Positions 10,803 through 20,732 are shown, counted from the stretch's first letter. The stretch: DNA of 64,000 nt from Candidatus Bathyarchaeota archaeon (GCA_963733095.1 CAVTBV010000009.1:96001-160000); one strand, 5' to 3'. The notes: a model not told the origin generated them from the letters alone. Numbers and translations: made by a program.

Positions 10803-10945
10803 AATTCACAACTCCAGACAAGTTACTTAGCGGTTCAAATTACTTATAAGCTAGTGTTGCTGTGCTCCTACAGTCACACAGCTATTTTTCCAAATGGTCC
10901 AATACTCATGCAAGTAAGAATAGTTGTTTAAGTTGGTTTTTGATA

Positions 10946-11380
10946 ATGGCTGCTCCAGATGATATAAAAAATATTCTTGGTTCAAACGAAAAGGTTGAGC
11001 TGTACATTGAAGAAAAAATTTATCATCCTCGAATTAACATTGAATCTGTGATAATTACTAATGAACGGATAATTTTTCGGCATCCTCATGCGCTTGGTTT
11101 GAAGAAGGATTACACCGATTACAGTTACAGAGACATCACAAACGTAACGTTGGACAAAGGAATATTGCGTTCAACCATCAAACTTGCACTTAAACACATG
11201 GAAGGATCGAAGGGAAGCCAGCAAGAAGGAGAAATTCTAGATTTAGGTAACTTGCCAAACGACCTTGCAGAAGAAAGATATGGTATCATCAGAGAAAATA
11301 TTGGCAAATTCCAATCGCCTTTTTCAACTGGTTATGCTAACATTCCAAACGCGGAAGCCGCGGGTTCAAATCCCTCCTAA
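10946..11380 (+). CDS. Bacterial-type PH-domain protein
   Basis: ILGSNEKV...IITNERIIF...YSYRDITNV.LDKGILRSTI; start chosen at MAAPDD. Confidence 0.75.
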   Translation: MAAPDDIKNILGSNEKVELYIEEKIYHPRINIESVIITNERIIFRHPHALGLKKDYTDYSYRDITNVTLDKGILRSTIKLALKHMEGSKGSQQEGEILDLGNLPNDLAEERYGIIRENIGKFQSPFSTGYANIPNAEAAGSNPS

Positions 11381-11392
11381 TGCGGGTTCAAA
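11354..11392 (+). repeat. tRNA T-arm-like fragment plus partial tandem copy
   Basis: gaagccgcgggttcaaatccc then gcgggttcaaa; overlaps the last codons (AAGSNPS) of the PH gene. Confidence 0.55.
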
Positions 11393-11524
11393 CCAAATAA
11401 CGAAAGTTTGTGGTTGGTGCATGACAGTCACAATATCTTATCTATCAAGCAGCCTATACTGTGTATTAAGAAATTGTATTGAGGCTTGAATAACTTAATG
11501 CAGTAAAATCAATGAAAGAAACAC

Positions 11525-13219
11525 GTGTGTTTAATGCAAAAGGAAGCAAAATTAAACTTGAACAAGAAAATATCAACAACTCTGCTCATATCAATTCTCT
11601 TAGCAAGCATTATAATTTTTGTGCTCCTTGGACCGGTAGAAATGGTCAAAGCAGACAACCAAAACAATAATTCAAACGGAGCCTCCACCTCTTGGCCAAT
11701 GTTCCATTCGGACCCAACTCATAGTGGTACAGGAACTGGCGGTCCATTACTTAATCCAACAGTACTATGGAAGTACAATACTTTTGCTGATGATTCAGGT
11801 CATGTTTATTCTTCTCCCGCTGTTGAAAATGGAGTCGTTTTCGTAAGCTCTTGGGATTTCAAAATCGTTTCCAAGAGTGTAGTCACAAATTACGGCAACC
11901 TCTATGCATTAAACGCTTCTAACGGCGACAAAATCTGGAACTGCTCAGTCGGACCAGTTACCTATTCTTCTCCTGCAGTTAAAAACGGGATTGTTGTAGT
12001 AGGTTCTTCGAGCGGTAACATTTCGGCAGTGAATGCTACTGATGGTAATCTTCTTTGGGCATACCAAACTGGCAGCAGCATTGAATCTTCTGCTGCAATC
12101 GTCAAAGACATAGTTTACATAGGGTCATTAGACGGCAATGTTTACGCTTTGAATCTTTTAACTGGTGTGAAAGTTTGGAACTCCACTATTGGCGCTGTCT
12201 ATTCCTCTCCTGCAGTTGTTAACAATGTAGTGTACGCTTGTTCTAACAATGGAGATTTCTGCGCTCTGAATGCCACTAATGGTGACCAAATCTGGAATTA
12301 CACCAGTCAAATATATTCCAACCATGGAAATTATCTCTACTCTTCTCCAGCAATCGCCAACGGCATGGTATACATGGGCTCGTATAATAATGACGCCTTT
12401 GCTTTGAACGCCACAAATGGAAAGTTAATTTGGAAGTACGCTACGGGCAGTGAAATTGCTTCATCTCCAGCAGTAATAAAGGGTATAGTTTACATAGGTT
12501 CATATGACGGCAATGTTTACGCTTTAAATGCCACCAACGGAGCAAAAATCTGGAGCATCTATCTCAACCAGATTGGTTGGTCGTCTCCCGCGGTTGCTAA
12601 CAATGTATTGTACATTGGATCAGAAGATGGTAATGTTTACGCAGTAAACGCTTTCAACGGTGCAGAACTTTGGAGTTACGATACTGGCAGTCTTCAACTT
12701 GATTCGTCTCCAGCGGTGGTTAATGGTATCGTCTACATTGGTTCATCGAATGGGTACGTTTACGCTTTTGGCACTCCTACACCTATTGTAACACCACCTC
12801 CAAGCCCAACTCCAATAATGACAGACCCCACTGCGACACCAACACCACCAAATCCAACACCAACGCCTATACCAACGGCTACATCCACTCCTCTCCCAAC
12901 CCCAACCGTAACTCCAATCCCTAACTTTACCGATCAAACATCGGCATCTACTCCTACGCCTTCACCGACCCCGACAACTACCTCAACACCTATTCCTATA
13001 TCCGACCCCACTCCTACTTCGACAGCTGCTACTACTCAGACATCTTCATCAACAGCTACAAACACTTCTACAGTTTCACCTATTCAATCCCACTCGCTCG
13101 CAGGAGTTGAAACGGATATTCTTCCTCATGAAGTCTTCTATTCCATTGCAGCCACAATCATAGCAGCCATTGCAGTCACAACGATAATAATACTCAGAAA
13201 AAAGAAAATAGAGCTTTAA
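11525..13219 (+). CDS. Secreted, C-terminally anchored PQQ-like (BamB-type) beta-propeller protein
   Basis: Signal peptide, WPMFH, repeated SSPAV..G.VYIGS.DG.VYALNA..G..IW blades, Pro/Thr linker, TM plus KKK tail. Confidence 0.9.
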   Translation: MCLMQKEAKLNLNKKISTTLLISILLASIIIFVLLGPVEMVKADNQNNNSNGASTSWPMFHSDPTHSGTGTGGPLLNPTVLWKYNTFADDSGHVYSSPAVENGVVFVSSWDFKIVSKSVVTNYGNLYALNASNGDKIWNCSVGPVTYSSPAVKNGIVVVGSSSGNISAVNATDGNLLWAYQTGSSIESSAAIVKDIVYIGSLDGNVYALNLLTGVKVWNSTIGAVYSSPAVVNNVVYACSNNGDFCALNATNGDQIWNYTSQIYSNHGNYLYSSPAIANGMVYMGSYNNDAFALNATNGKLIWKYATGSEIASSPAVIKGIVYIGSYDGNVYALNATNGAKIWSIYLNQIGWSSPAVANNVLYIGSEDGNVYAVNAFNGAELWSYDTGSLQLDSSPAVVNGIVYIGSSNGYVYAFGTPTPIVTPPPSPTPIMTDPTATPTPPNPTPTPIPTATSTPLPTPTVTPIPNFTDQTSASTPTPSPTPTTTSTPIPISDPTPTSTAATTQTSSSTATNTSTVSPIQSHSLAGVETDILPHEVFYSIAATIIAAIAVTTIIILRKKKIEL

Positions 13220-13235
13220 GAAAAAAGAGAAAATG

Positions 13236-13271
13236 CGGGTGATATATCCACTTTCGACGGGATTCAATTCC
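13236..13271 (+). repeat. Composite att-like site A (palindromic arm + 9 nt + degenerate T-loop)
   Basis: cgggtgatatatccactt-tcgacggga-ttcaattcc. Confidence 0.75.
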
Positions 13272-13596
13272 AACTTTGATTGGAAAAAGCTGAGGATTCG
13301 CCCTCGATCCCAAGTTAAGTAAGTTACTCCGACTCCAATTCCGAACTTTCTGCATGCCAAGTTTACTCAATTGTAAGGCCTCAGTCAAAAAATCGAAAAA
13401 TTAAGGTCTTTCTGAAAATCCGTCCAGAAAAAATCCACTTGGGAACAAGCTGCCGGGAATAAAGTAACGCAGGAATTGGTATTCGTCGAATGCCGTAAAT
13501 ACACCTCTGAATAGCCTATCTTTGTTATTCCTTTAAAAAAACTACCCAAATCAAGAATTATGAAAATGCGAATCGGAAAACATAAAAAAAGGGTTT

Positions 13597-13646
13597 TGGT
13601 TGAAATCTCTTTCAGGGCGCAGGATCAAATCCCTCCCCGCCCGCCA
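13597..13646 (+). repeat. Composite att-like site D (degenerate arm + 9 nt + tRNA 3' end with CCA)
   Basis: tggttgaaatctctttca-gggcgcagg-atcaaat-ccctc-cccgccc-g-cca. Confidence 0.7.
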
Positions 13647-13843
13647 CAAGAAAATCTGTATCCGCAGTCACGACAGGAGTACAGCTGAACATTCCCTTTT
13701 TGTGTCTGTCTTTTTCCGTCTTTGTAGTTTCTCTGACTGCCACACTCGGGGCATGTTACCTTTGGTTTGATATAATTACCGTTGAGAACATCCTTTGAGA
13801 TGATTTTTCCACAATGTGGACAATTGAAGACTTTTTGTTACAT
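13625..13843 (-). pseudogene. Zn-ribbon gene fragment (InsA-like / integrase N-terminal-like)
   Basis: ATG-TAA, then QKVFNCPHCGK...VTCPECGSQRNYKDGKRQTQKGNVQLYSCRDCGYRFS; reads into site D. Confidence 0.65.
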
Positions 13844-13897
13844 GCTTGTTCATCCCGTATTTTTTGCCAAGTATGCCCAAAGAAAAATGGGGTTTTG

Positions 13898-13944
13898 CGA
13901 GTGAAACCTCTTCTCTTCCTGGGTTCAAATCCCCCCCCAGTCCA
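13898..13944 (+). repeat. Composite att-like site E (degenerate arm + 8 nt + tRNA-Ala-like 3' end)
   Basis: cgagtgaaacctcttctc-ttcctggg-ttcaaat-ccccccccagtcca. Confidence 0.65.
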
Positions 13945-14228
13945 CTTCAACATCAATTTTCTGATTCACAGTGTTCTAATAAAATCAAATCCAACATCAC
14001 CCGCAAAAACGTGTTAGTGCGCAGGTGTAAAAGTCTCTAACGCAGCGAATTAAGAGAAAAGAGGGTTTTCTGAGGCTCTGGACTTCATGGAGAAAAGAGC
14101 GAAATGCAGAAACGCTCTTCAACTATGACAAGGTGAATATCATCCAAAGCCTACTCAGCCCCATTTATTTCTCCGCTGTTTCTTTAAACAAAAAAAGGGA
14201 AAGGTGTTTGTTGTTTGGTTACTTTTGT

Positions 14229-16877
14229 TTATGCTCGTTTCTTTATGACTATCAATGCAAGTATTGCCCCGACTATTGCGATTGCAACAATAATTCCTGT
14301 TATTCCGGGCAGTATGTATGTGTCAGCCATTGAATGTGTTGGTTCTTGAGTTGACGCTGGGGTTGCTGCTGCGTCTACTGCAAACGATGTTTCTGCAGAT
14401 GATCCATAATATGAGTTTGAGCCTGCAAAGGTTGCTATGACAGTGTATTTGCCGGTGATATCAGGTGTCCATTGTAGGCTGTAGGCTCCGCTTGCGTCGC
14501 TGACTGTGTTTCCAATACTGCGGTAGTTACCGTTTGAATCGATAACCGCGATGCTGATTGGGACGCCTGTTGTGTTTGTCGGTTTATCTTGCTGCATGTA
14601 CACGTATTCCATCCATAGCTTCATGCTTGCGTCAGATACACATGGCACTCCATTGGGGAATTTTGCTGCTTGCTCTTCTTGTGTTGTTCCTGCAGCGATA
14701 TCGCTGACTGTGCCTCGTATTACTAGGCTTTGGCCTTGAGTAACTGCAGCTAATGGTGCATCAACTGTTAGTTTGCTGGCGCCTTTGCCAACTGAGTAGA
14801 CTTGCATGTCATAGATGTTTAGGTATGTGAAGTATCCGTCTGCAACAATGTCGTACTGGCCAACGTACATGCCTGTGCCCATTCCAGTGAGAGTCCAGAT
14901 TTCTTCGCCTGTGGTGGCATTTAAGCATCTGTATTGTGCGTCTTTGTAGAGTGGTTGGTTTGGTGAATGCTCTGTTGTTCCGACGTAGACTTTTCCGTCA
15001 GCGATGACGTCTATGAATAAGGGGTAGTGGCTATAGACTGTGTTTTCGCCTGAGTATGTACTGTTGCCTTCTCCGCCTCTGCCATAACTCCACAGCAAGT
15101 CACCTGTTGCGTCATTATAGCAGTAGACTATACCGTCGTAACCTGCAGCGTACAGATTACCATACGCACTAAGTGTGTCTCTTCTCAGGGTATCCCATTC
15201 TACTACGGGTGTTTTTGCAGTCCAGAGGTGGTTTCCGTTGTCAAGGCTGAAGCCGTTGAATTCTAGGGTTTCTTTATCTTCTGTGACAAAGGTATTTGCA
15301 ATTGAATCAACTGCTACAAGTACTCTGGTTACGTTGCTGTCGGCTGGTGCATAATACTTTGTCCATAGAACGCTGCCTGCGCTGTTGGGGTCTATTTTTA
15401 CCAAGGTTATATTTGCGCCGGAGCTTTCTGCTCTTGGACCAGCTCCCAAGTTACCTTGGAGGAGGAGTAATTTGTCACCGACAATTACGTCTCTATAGAT
15501 AGTCCAGCCTTGTCCTGTAAGCGATGATACGGATACGTTCCAATCGTACATGCGGGAGTCGGTTGCATTGAAAGATGATGTCGGGTACCAGTTGCCTGCT
15601 CCAATCTGGCCTGCTGATAGTTGAGTATATTTTGATGAGTTCCATTCGCTCAGGTAATACGTGGGGTTTGATGTAGTGCCGAGGTTTGTCAATGAGTAAA
15701 TAAGGTATTCGCCACTCGGACCTGCTGCTGATGCGCCGTTTGCAGAGTTAGCTGCTAAAGTGGCAGATGCGGCTGATCCTGAAGGAACGTTAGTTAGGCT
15801 CATTCCGGTGAGTACGCCTGTTCTAGCATCATATGCTCTCCAGACTGTTCCGAGACCAGTCACTGTGGTTGTTGCTATTAGTAGACCGTTGGGTAATACA
15901 CCATGTTGGTTTCCATCTTCGTAGGCGTACAGGTAGCCGAAGCTTGGTACTATAGATACGCCTGTTGCGGTTGTGTTGATGCGCCAATTTTCTTTGCCTG
16001 TTTGCAGGTCTACTGAAACGTAGTCTCCGCCGCTGCCTGAGTTGCCATATGGTTCTTGATAGAAGAGGTTTCCCTGCATAACGATAGCGTTACTGAAGCG
16101 GGGATTGTATGAGCTGCCTGTGTAATATCCTTCACCTAGGTTTGTGGTTGAAGTCCCGCCGACAACCCCGCCAAATTGCAATGGTTTGGTCCACATAACA
16201 TGTGAAGTCTCAGGTCCTGATCCATCTTTCTGGTATCTACCGTAACCTGAACCACCTGTAGCGGTAGCACCTGTGCGGATGTAGGGTCCATTTAGCCAGT
16301 TGGAGGATATTAAGAACCAGTCCGAGTTTTCACCGTTTATTGGTCTACTCCAGTATTCGCTTGGAAGAGCAGCGCTTGGCGATATACCTTCAGTTTGTTC
16401 TTCCTGCACAGTTAGTTTCGTTACCGCTTGCGCAGGCTGATAGACGTCGTTTTGATAGGGACCGCTCCAGGTGTGTGTTTGTCCAGCATAGTTGAAAGTC
16501 ATGGTATAGGTTCCTACTGTATCAGGGGTAAACGAGTATGATTGTATGCCTGTTGTATCTTGAACTACAGCCCAAGTTTCAGTCTTGCTTGTCCCGTCCG
16601 GTTGAGTAATAGTCAATGTGTAGTCATGTCGACGAACGTCGTTGGTCACCAACGCACCATTTAAGGGTATATCAACCCACATGTAAATGTACACTGTCTG
16701 ACCAATCCCCACAGGATTTGGAGCAGCAGATACATAAGCGTATGATTTAATGTCCCAAGCAGGTGTATGTCCACTAGCAGTAGATAGAGTCGTCAATGGA
16801 ACAGCAATGGATACTACTAGAAACAACGTAATAATTGACAGTGCCTTTTTCGATAATGTATTTTTTTGTAGATTCAT
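14229..16877 (-). CDS. Large cell-surface beta-propeller/Ig-like protein (PQQ-like repeats), membrane anchored
   Basis: Start chosen at MNLQK; signal peptide, PNPVGIGQ, LPSEYWSRPI, EHSPNQPLY, C-terminal Ig-like domain, TM plus KKR; paralog of 38182-40881. Confidence 0.88.
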   Translation of the reverse strand: MNLQKNTLSKKALSIITLFLVVSIAVPLTTLSTASGHTPAWDIKSYAYVSAAPNPVGIGQTVYIYMWVDIPLNGALVTNDVRRHDYTLTITQPDGTSKTETWAVVQDTTGIQSYSFTPDTVGTYTMTFNYAGQTHTWSGPYQNDVYQPAQAVTKLTVQEEQTEGISPSAALPSEYWSRPINGENSDWFLISSNWLNGPYIRTGATATGGSGYGRYQKDGSGPETSHVMWTKPLQFGGVVGGTSTTNLGEGYYTGSSYNPRFSNAIVMQGNLFYQEPYGNSGSGGDYVSVDLQTGKENWRINTTATGVSIVPSFGYLYAYEDGNQHGVLPNGLLIATTTVTGLGTVWRAYDARTGVLTGMSLTNVPSGSAASATLAANSANGASAAGPSGEYLIYSLTNLGTTSNPTYYLSEWNSSKYTQLSAGQIGAGNWYPTSSFNATDSRMYDWNVSVSSLTGQGWTIYRDVIVGDKLLLLQGNLGAGPRAESSGANITLVKIDPNSAGSVLWTKYYAPADSNVTRVLVAVDSIANTFVTEDKETLEFNGFSLDNGNHLWTAKTPVVEWDTLRRDTLSAYGNLYAAGYDGIVYCYNDATGDLLWSYGRGGEGNSTYSGENTVYSHYPLFIDVIADGKVYVGTTEHSPNQPLYKDAQYRCLNATTGEEIWTLTGMGTGMYVGQYDIVADGYFTYLNIYDMQVYSVGKGASKLTVDAPLAAVTQGQSLVIRGTVSDIAAGTTQEEQAAKFPNGVPCVSDASMKLWMEYVYMQQDKPTNTTGVPISIAVIDSNGNYRSIGNTVSDASGAYSLQWTPDITGKYTVIATFAGSNSYYGSSAETSFAVDAAATPASTQEPTHSMADTYILPGITGIIVAIAIVGAILALIVIKKRA

Positions 16878-16922
16878 TTGTTTTTTTCTCCTTTTGTGGC
16901 TTAATGTTTGTAAATATAACAG

Positions 16923-16949
16923 TAATAAGGCTGGCTCACCTATCGTGAG
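16923..16949 (-). promoter_or_regulatory. Palindromic operator CTCAC-N5-GTGAG beside a TATA-like box, copy 1
   Basis: taataag-gctg-gctcacctatcgtgag, about 50 bp upstream of the surface-protein start. Confidence 0.6.
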
Positions 16950-17126
16950 TACAAAATTCAGCCATAGTTCCACAAAAAGAGGCAAAGAAGAAAAATATAA
17001 ATCAAAGACAACAACGAATAACGATGCATTAGTGTACGATTGTAGAAATTGTCTTTTTATTTTTGATTTTCTAGCAGACTCATTTTTTTCCTTCTTTTTA
17101 TGAACCTTTAAACATGTAAGAAGCGC

Positions 17127-17153
17127 TAATAAGCTTCGCTCACTTATCGTGAG
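17127..17153 (-). promoter_or_regulatory. Palindromic operator CTCAC-N5-GTGAG beside a TATA-like box, copy 2
   Basis: taataag-cttc-gctcacttatcgtgag; same spacing as copy 1. Confidence 0.6.
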
Positions 17154-17322
17154 CTCGAAAAACCGTTTATTGGCTAATCTTCACCGAGTATTTTGCCAGC
17201 TACCTTTTTGTAACTGGCGTCAAAGAGAGGATGCCAATAAGTCACACAAATCTGTCGTAAGTATAAAATATTAAGTAAACTATACGAGATTGTTAAAGAT
17301 ACACTAATGGTGAATTTACACG

Positions 17323-18015
17323 ATGGACCCTTATGCTTATCAAACATTCCGAGTTATCTATGAAGTTACTTCGGCTATTTTTTGTTTTGTTCTTGTAAGA
17401 TTCATGATTAAACCCTACCAGATCACTAAGGAGAGTCGATACCTTGGACTGCCTCTCGGATTTGGGTTTCTTGGAGCAACCTACGCTTTATCTTCCTTTG
17501 TTTACTTCAAACCATATTTTTTTGGCAGTGGAACAATATATTTTCAACTCGTAGTAAGAACTTTCGCATTTATTTTTCTGTGCGTTACTTATTATTTTTC
17601 AAGGAAAAGTGGCGATAGTAGAAGGCTCTGGAATACTACTTTGGCTTTATTAATTATCGCTTTTGTAGCTTTATTTCTGCTCGTTACTATTCCTAATGTT
17701 GCTCTACCTAGTTATCAGCTTACAAGTACCTTTACCAGATTCTTCAATCTAATTTGCATCGCTTATCTTTGTGCCCACACTCTTAGAAGCCATATAGAAA
17801 AGCCCGATCCAGAAACGCTTTGGATCCCATTTGGTTATTTTCTTCTGGGAATAAGCCAGTATTCACTAATCATTTATTCTATAGACAATAGTATGTCTGC
17901 GTGGTGGGGGGCACTGGCAATTCGTTGGGTAGGTCTAGCCGTGTTTCTTTTTGTCACAATCAAATCTTTTTACGGCAACAAAAAGAGGAGAATAAATGAA
18001 ACAAATCGCACGTAG
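17323..18015 (+). CDS. Polytopic (about 7 TM) membrane protein, possible sensor
   Basis: About seven hydrophobic segments; overlaps the downstream wHTH gene. Confidence 0.75.
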   Translation: MDPYAYQTFRVIYEVTSAIFCFVLVRFMIKPYQITKESRYLGLPLGFGFLGATYALSSFVYFKPYFFGSGTIYFQLVVRTFAFIFLCVTYYFSRKSGDSRRLWNTTLALLIIAFVALFLLVTIPNVALPSYQLTSTFTRFFNLICIAYLCAHTLRSHIEKPDPETLWIPFGYFLLGISQYSLIIYSIDNSMSAWWGALAIRWVGLAVFLFVTIKSFYGNKKRRINETNRT

Positions 18016-18274
18016 AGACAGAATGAAAATTTATGGCGACCTTTTGTCAATATTGTACGCCGAAAGTAGAGAAGAAAAAATAGTGTTAACGCATGTTCAA
18101 GTACAGATTAGAGTTCCTTTTGATAGGTTAAAAACTTACATATCAGAACTTAATGATTTAGGCTTAATTGAGGATCAGACTTCGCTTAAGCTTACAGAAA
18201 AAGGTAAACAGTATATCATTGAATACAAGAAAGTTCTTGATTTTATGAAACGCATGGGCGTAGCCTACCGGTAG
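17996..18274 (+). CDS. Archaeal winged helix-turn-helix regulator
   Basis: RRDRMKIYGDLL...LTHVQ...LKTYISEL..LGLI...LTEKGKQY. Confidence 0.85.
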   Translation: MKQIARRDRMKIYGDLLSILYAESREEKIVLTHVQVQIRVPFDRLKTYISELNDLGLIEDQTSLKLTEKGKQYIIEYKKVLDFMKRMGVAYR

Positions 18275-18718
18275 ACAATACCAAAATAGTTGAATCAATG
18301 AATGATACTACTACTCTATAACCGATACTTTGAATTTTATGGATTTAGAGGAAGGTACATTGGTTAAGCTCTGCGTATTTATTGGGGAGGTCAGAGTAGA
18401 AAGACCTCACTTACTGATAGGTTTGTTTTTGTGATGGGTTGTTTTAGGATGACAGTATTTGTTCTGCTTTTTGTTCGTCAAAATTGTGTTTAGACAGTAG
18501 CTTGTGCCATTCGAGGTGAGCGCAAAGTAAGTATCGGGTGATTCTTGTAAAACCCCAATTCGTTGGCAAACATAACTCGCTCTTGACTCTTGCCCATGGA
18601 ACATATAAAATGAAGTAAGAGTTAGCATTAAAAATGGGAATTGCGGGTGTACACTTCACTATTAGTTAGCTTTTGAGATAGTTTGATATACCACACAAAA
18701 CATGTGGAGTGTGGTTGA

Positions 18719-20095
18719 ATGAATTTGAGTGAACAAACGTTCCTTGACTCAGTATCAAACCCAAAAACAAAAAAATGCTACAGATACGGACTAAAAATAT
18801 TCTGCCAATGGTACGGACAAACAGCAGAACAAATCCTTGAACTAAGAAAAGACGACCTAACACAGCGCGTCGGGGAAAACCTGATTGAATACCGAAACCG
18901 AGCATCAAGATTTGAAAAAGAAATAGAAAAATTCCACACATACCTTTCAACAACAAAAAGCATCAACACCGCAAGAGTCCAAACATTAGGAATAAGACAA
19001 CTCTTCAGATACTATGAAATGCCTATGCGCTTTAGAAATGGAAGCAAGATAGCTAAAACCGTCAAAACAACCAAAAACTTTCCCCTAACAATCGAACACG
19101 TACGGAAAATGTTTGACGTAGCAAACCTAAGAGAAAGAGTAATTCTGAGCACCGCTACTGATTTAGGCTTAAGAATAGGCGATTTCATGAACCTCAAAAA
19201 ATCAGACTTACCTTCATTAAATCAAGAATCGCCCATTTCCTTTGAAATAATGACTGAAAAAGAAAACGTTTTAGCTTGTGGATTCTTAAGCGAAGAAACA
19301 GTTGACCTTCTTAAAATCTATCTTCCAACATTAGACCACAAAAAAGATAATCCCTACCTTTTCCCTTCAAACGGAAACAGAAGCATATCAGACGAATGGT
19401 TAAACCGTCTGCTACAGAACTTAGCAAACAAAGCAAAAATAAACTTAAACGGCAAAAGAGTAACCTTTCACTGCTTTAGAAAAATGTTCCTCTCAGCATC
19501 CATTGACAGCGGAATAGGCTTAACAGCTGGTAAAAAATTGTGCGGAAAAACAATAGCCCAATCAGACGACACATACCTAACCGTCGTTAACCTCAAATCA
19601 AAATTCCTACAAATCAAGAAATTCTTAACCATTAAAGAACAGCCAAACCTTGAAATAGAGCAAATTGAACCCTTAAAAAATGCGATAACTAAGCTTCAAA
19701 GCGATTTAACAGAGCAAAAGCTAATTACTTCTGTAATTTCTGAGGCGCAAAACAATAGAATTAAAGACATTGAAAAGAAACTTTTTTCCGTACAGCCTGA
19801 TGTGGAATGGGAGAAATATCTTTCAGAACATCCAGACGAATTTGAACGATTTGAAAAACAACATGAAGAACGTCTGAAATGGGGAAAAGAGCATCCAGAA
19901 GTCGTTAAAAAGCAAACAGAGCAAATTGACAAGAAATTTAGAGAATATGAAAAATGGCGAGAACAACATCCAGAATTAAAAGAACAAGAAGAAAAAACAT
20001 ATGTTGAACATCTTGAAGACCGAATAGTTGAATTAGAAAAAACTCTGCAAGAGCTTGCAGACTTTGTTAGAAAAAGACCAGAAGGAAATACTTGA
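18719..20095 (+). mobile_element. Tyrosine recombinase/integrase with C-terminal coiled-coil extension
   Basis: GLRIGD (R), TEKE (K), HCFRK (HxxR), LCGK, DDTY (Y nucleophile); N-terminal core-binding domain. Confidence 0.92.
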
Positions 20096-20133
20096 GTGGA
20101 TTTTAAAAGCAGAAGGAGGAGAATTAATTATTC

Positions 20134-20682
20134 ATGTCAAACCAGTCAAAGCCAAGTAACTCTTGCAAACCAACTAAGAAGCCGCCTCGCCCAATTCCTA
20201 AAAATAGGTTTCCCGAAGGCATTCAATTATGTAAAGACAATATTGCCGACTTCTTAAGTGATGCCCGCAATGTTTTAGCCAACGGTAAACCCTACCATGC
20301 CTATATCTTGTTTGAATTTGCCTTAGAAGAATTTGGTAAAATAATTATGCTAAAAGAAGCAAGAGACGACCCAAACAATAAAACTAATGCAGCGCAAGTT
20401 CCTGAGCATGTTTTTACTAACCATCGGGGTAAATGCGATAAGGCGATTGATGTTTTAGGTACGGATTTAAAAACCCTCTACAATGGTATCTGGGCTAAAG
20501 GTATATGGGCACCAGGCATTTGGGGAGAAAGCGAGGTAGAAGTGGGTCATAACACGCGACTAAAGTGTGCCTTCGTTGATTATCTCAATAACAACTGGAC
20601 TATTGGCGACAACGCAATCACAAAAAGCAACTTGACCAGTTTAATAGAAAAATTGGATGCCCGCACCAAATTGGAGAAATAG
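20134..20682 (+). CDS. AbiV-family (HEPN-like) abortive-infection/toxin protein
   Basis: N...FLSDA..L...ALEEFGK...NHRGK...RLKCAFVD matches the AbiV motif pattern. Confidence 0.72.
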   Translation: MSNQSKPSNSCKPTKKPPRPIPKNRFPEGIQLCKDNIADFLSDARNVLANGKPYHAYILFEFALEEFGKIIMLKEARDDPNNKTNAAQVPEHVFTNHRGKCDKAIDVLGTDLKTLYNGIWAKGIWAPGIWGESEVEVGHNTRLKCAFVDYLNNNWTIGDNAITKSNLTSLIEKLDARTKLEK

Positions 20683-20697
20683 CCATTAAAGGACTTG

Positions 20698-20732
20698 TCA
20701 ACACAATGCGGGGCTGATATGCGCCCCTCTTT
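20698..20732 (+). repeat. 35-bp direct repeat, copy 2
   Basis: tcaacacaatgcggggctgatatgcgcccctcttt. Confidence 0.9.

Noticed and set aside
12770-13080. Repetitive acc/cca-rich DNA (also 22320-22450 and 30760-30830)
   Set aside because: Encodes ordinary Pro/Thr linkers.
18535-18543. cgggtgat match to the att arm near the integrase
   Set aside because: Only 8 nt match and no TTCAA at the expected spacing.
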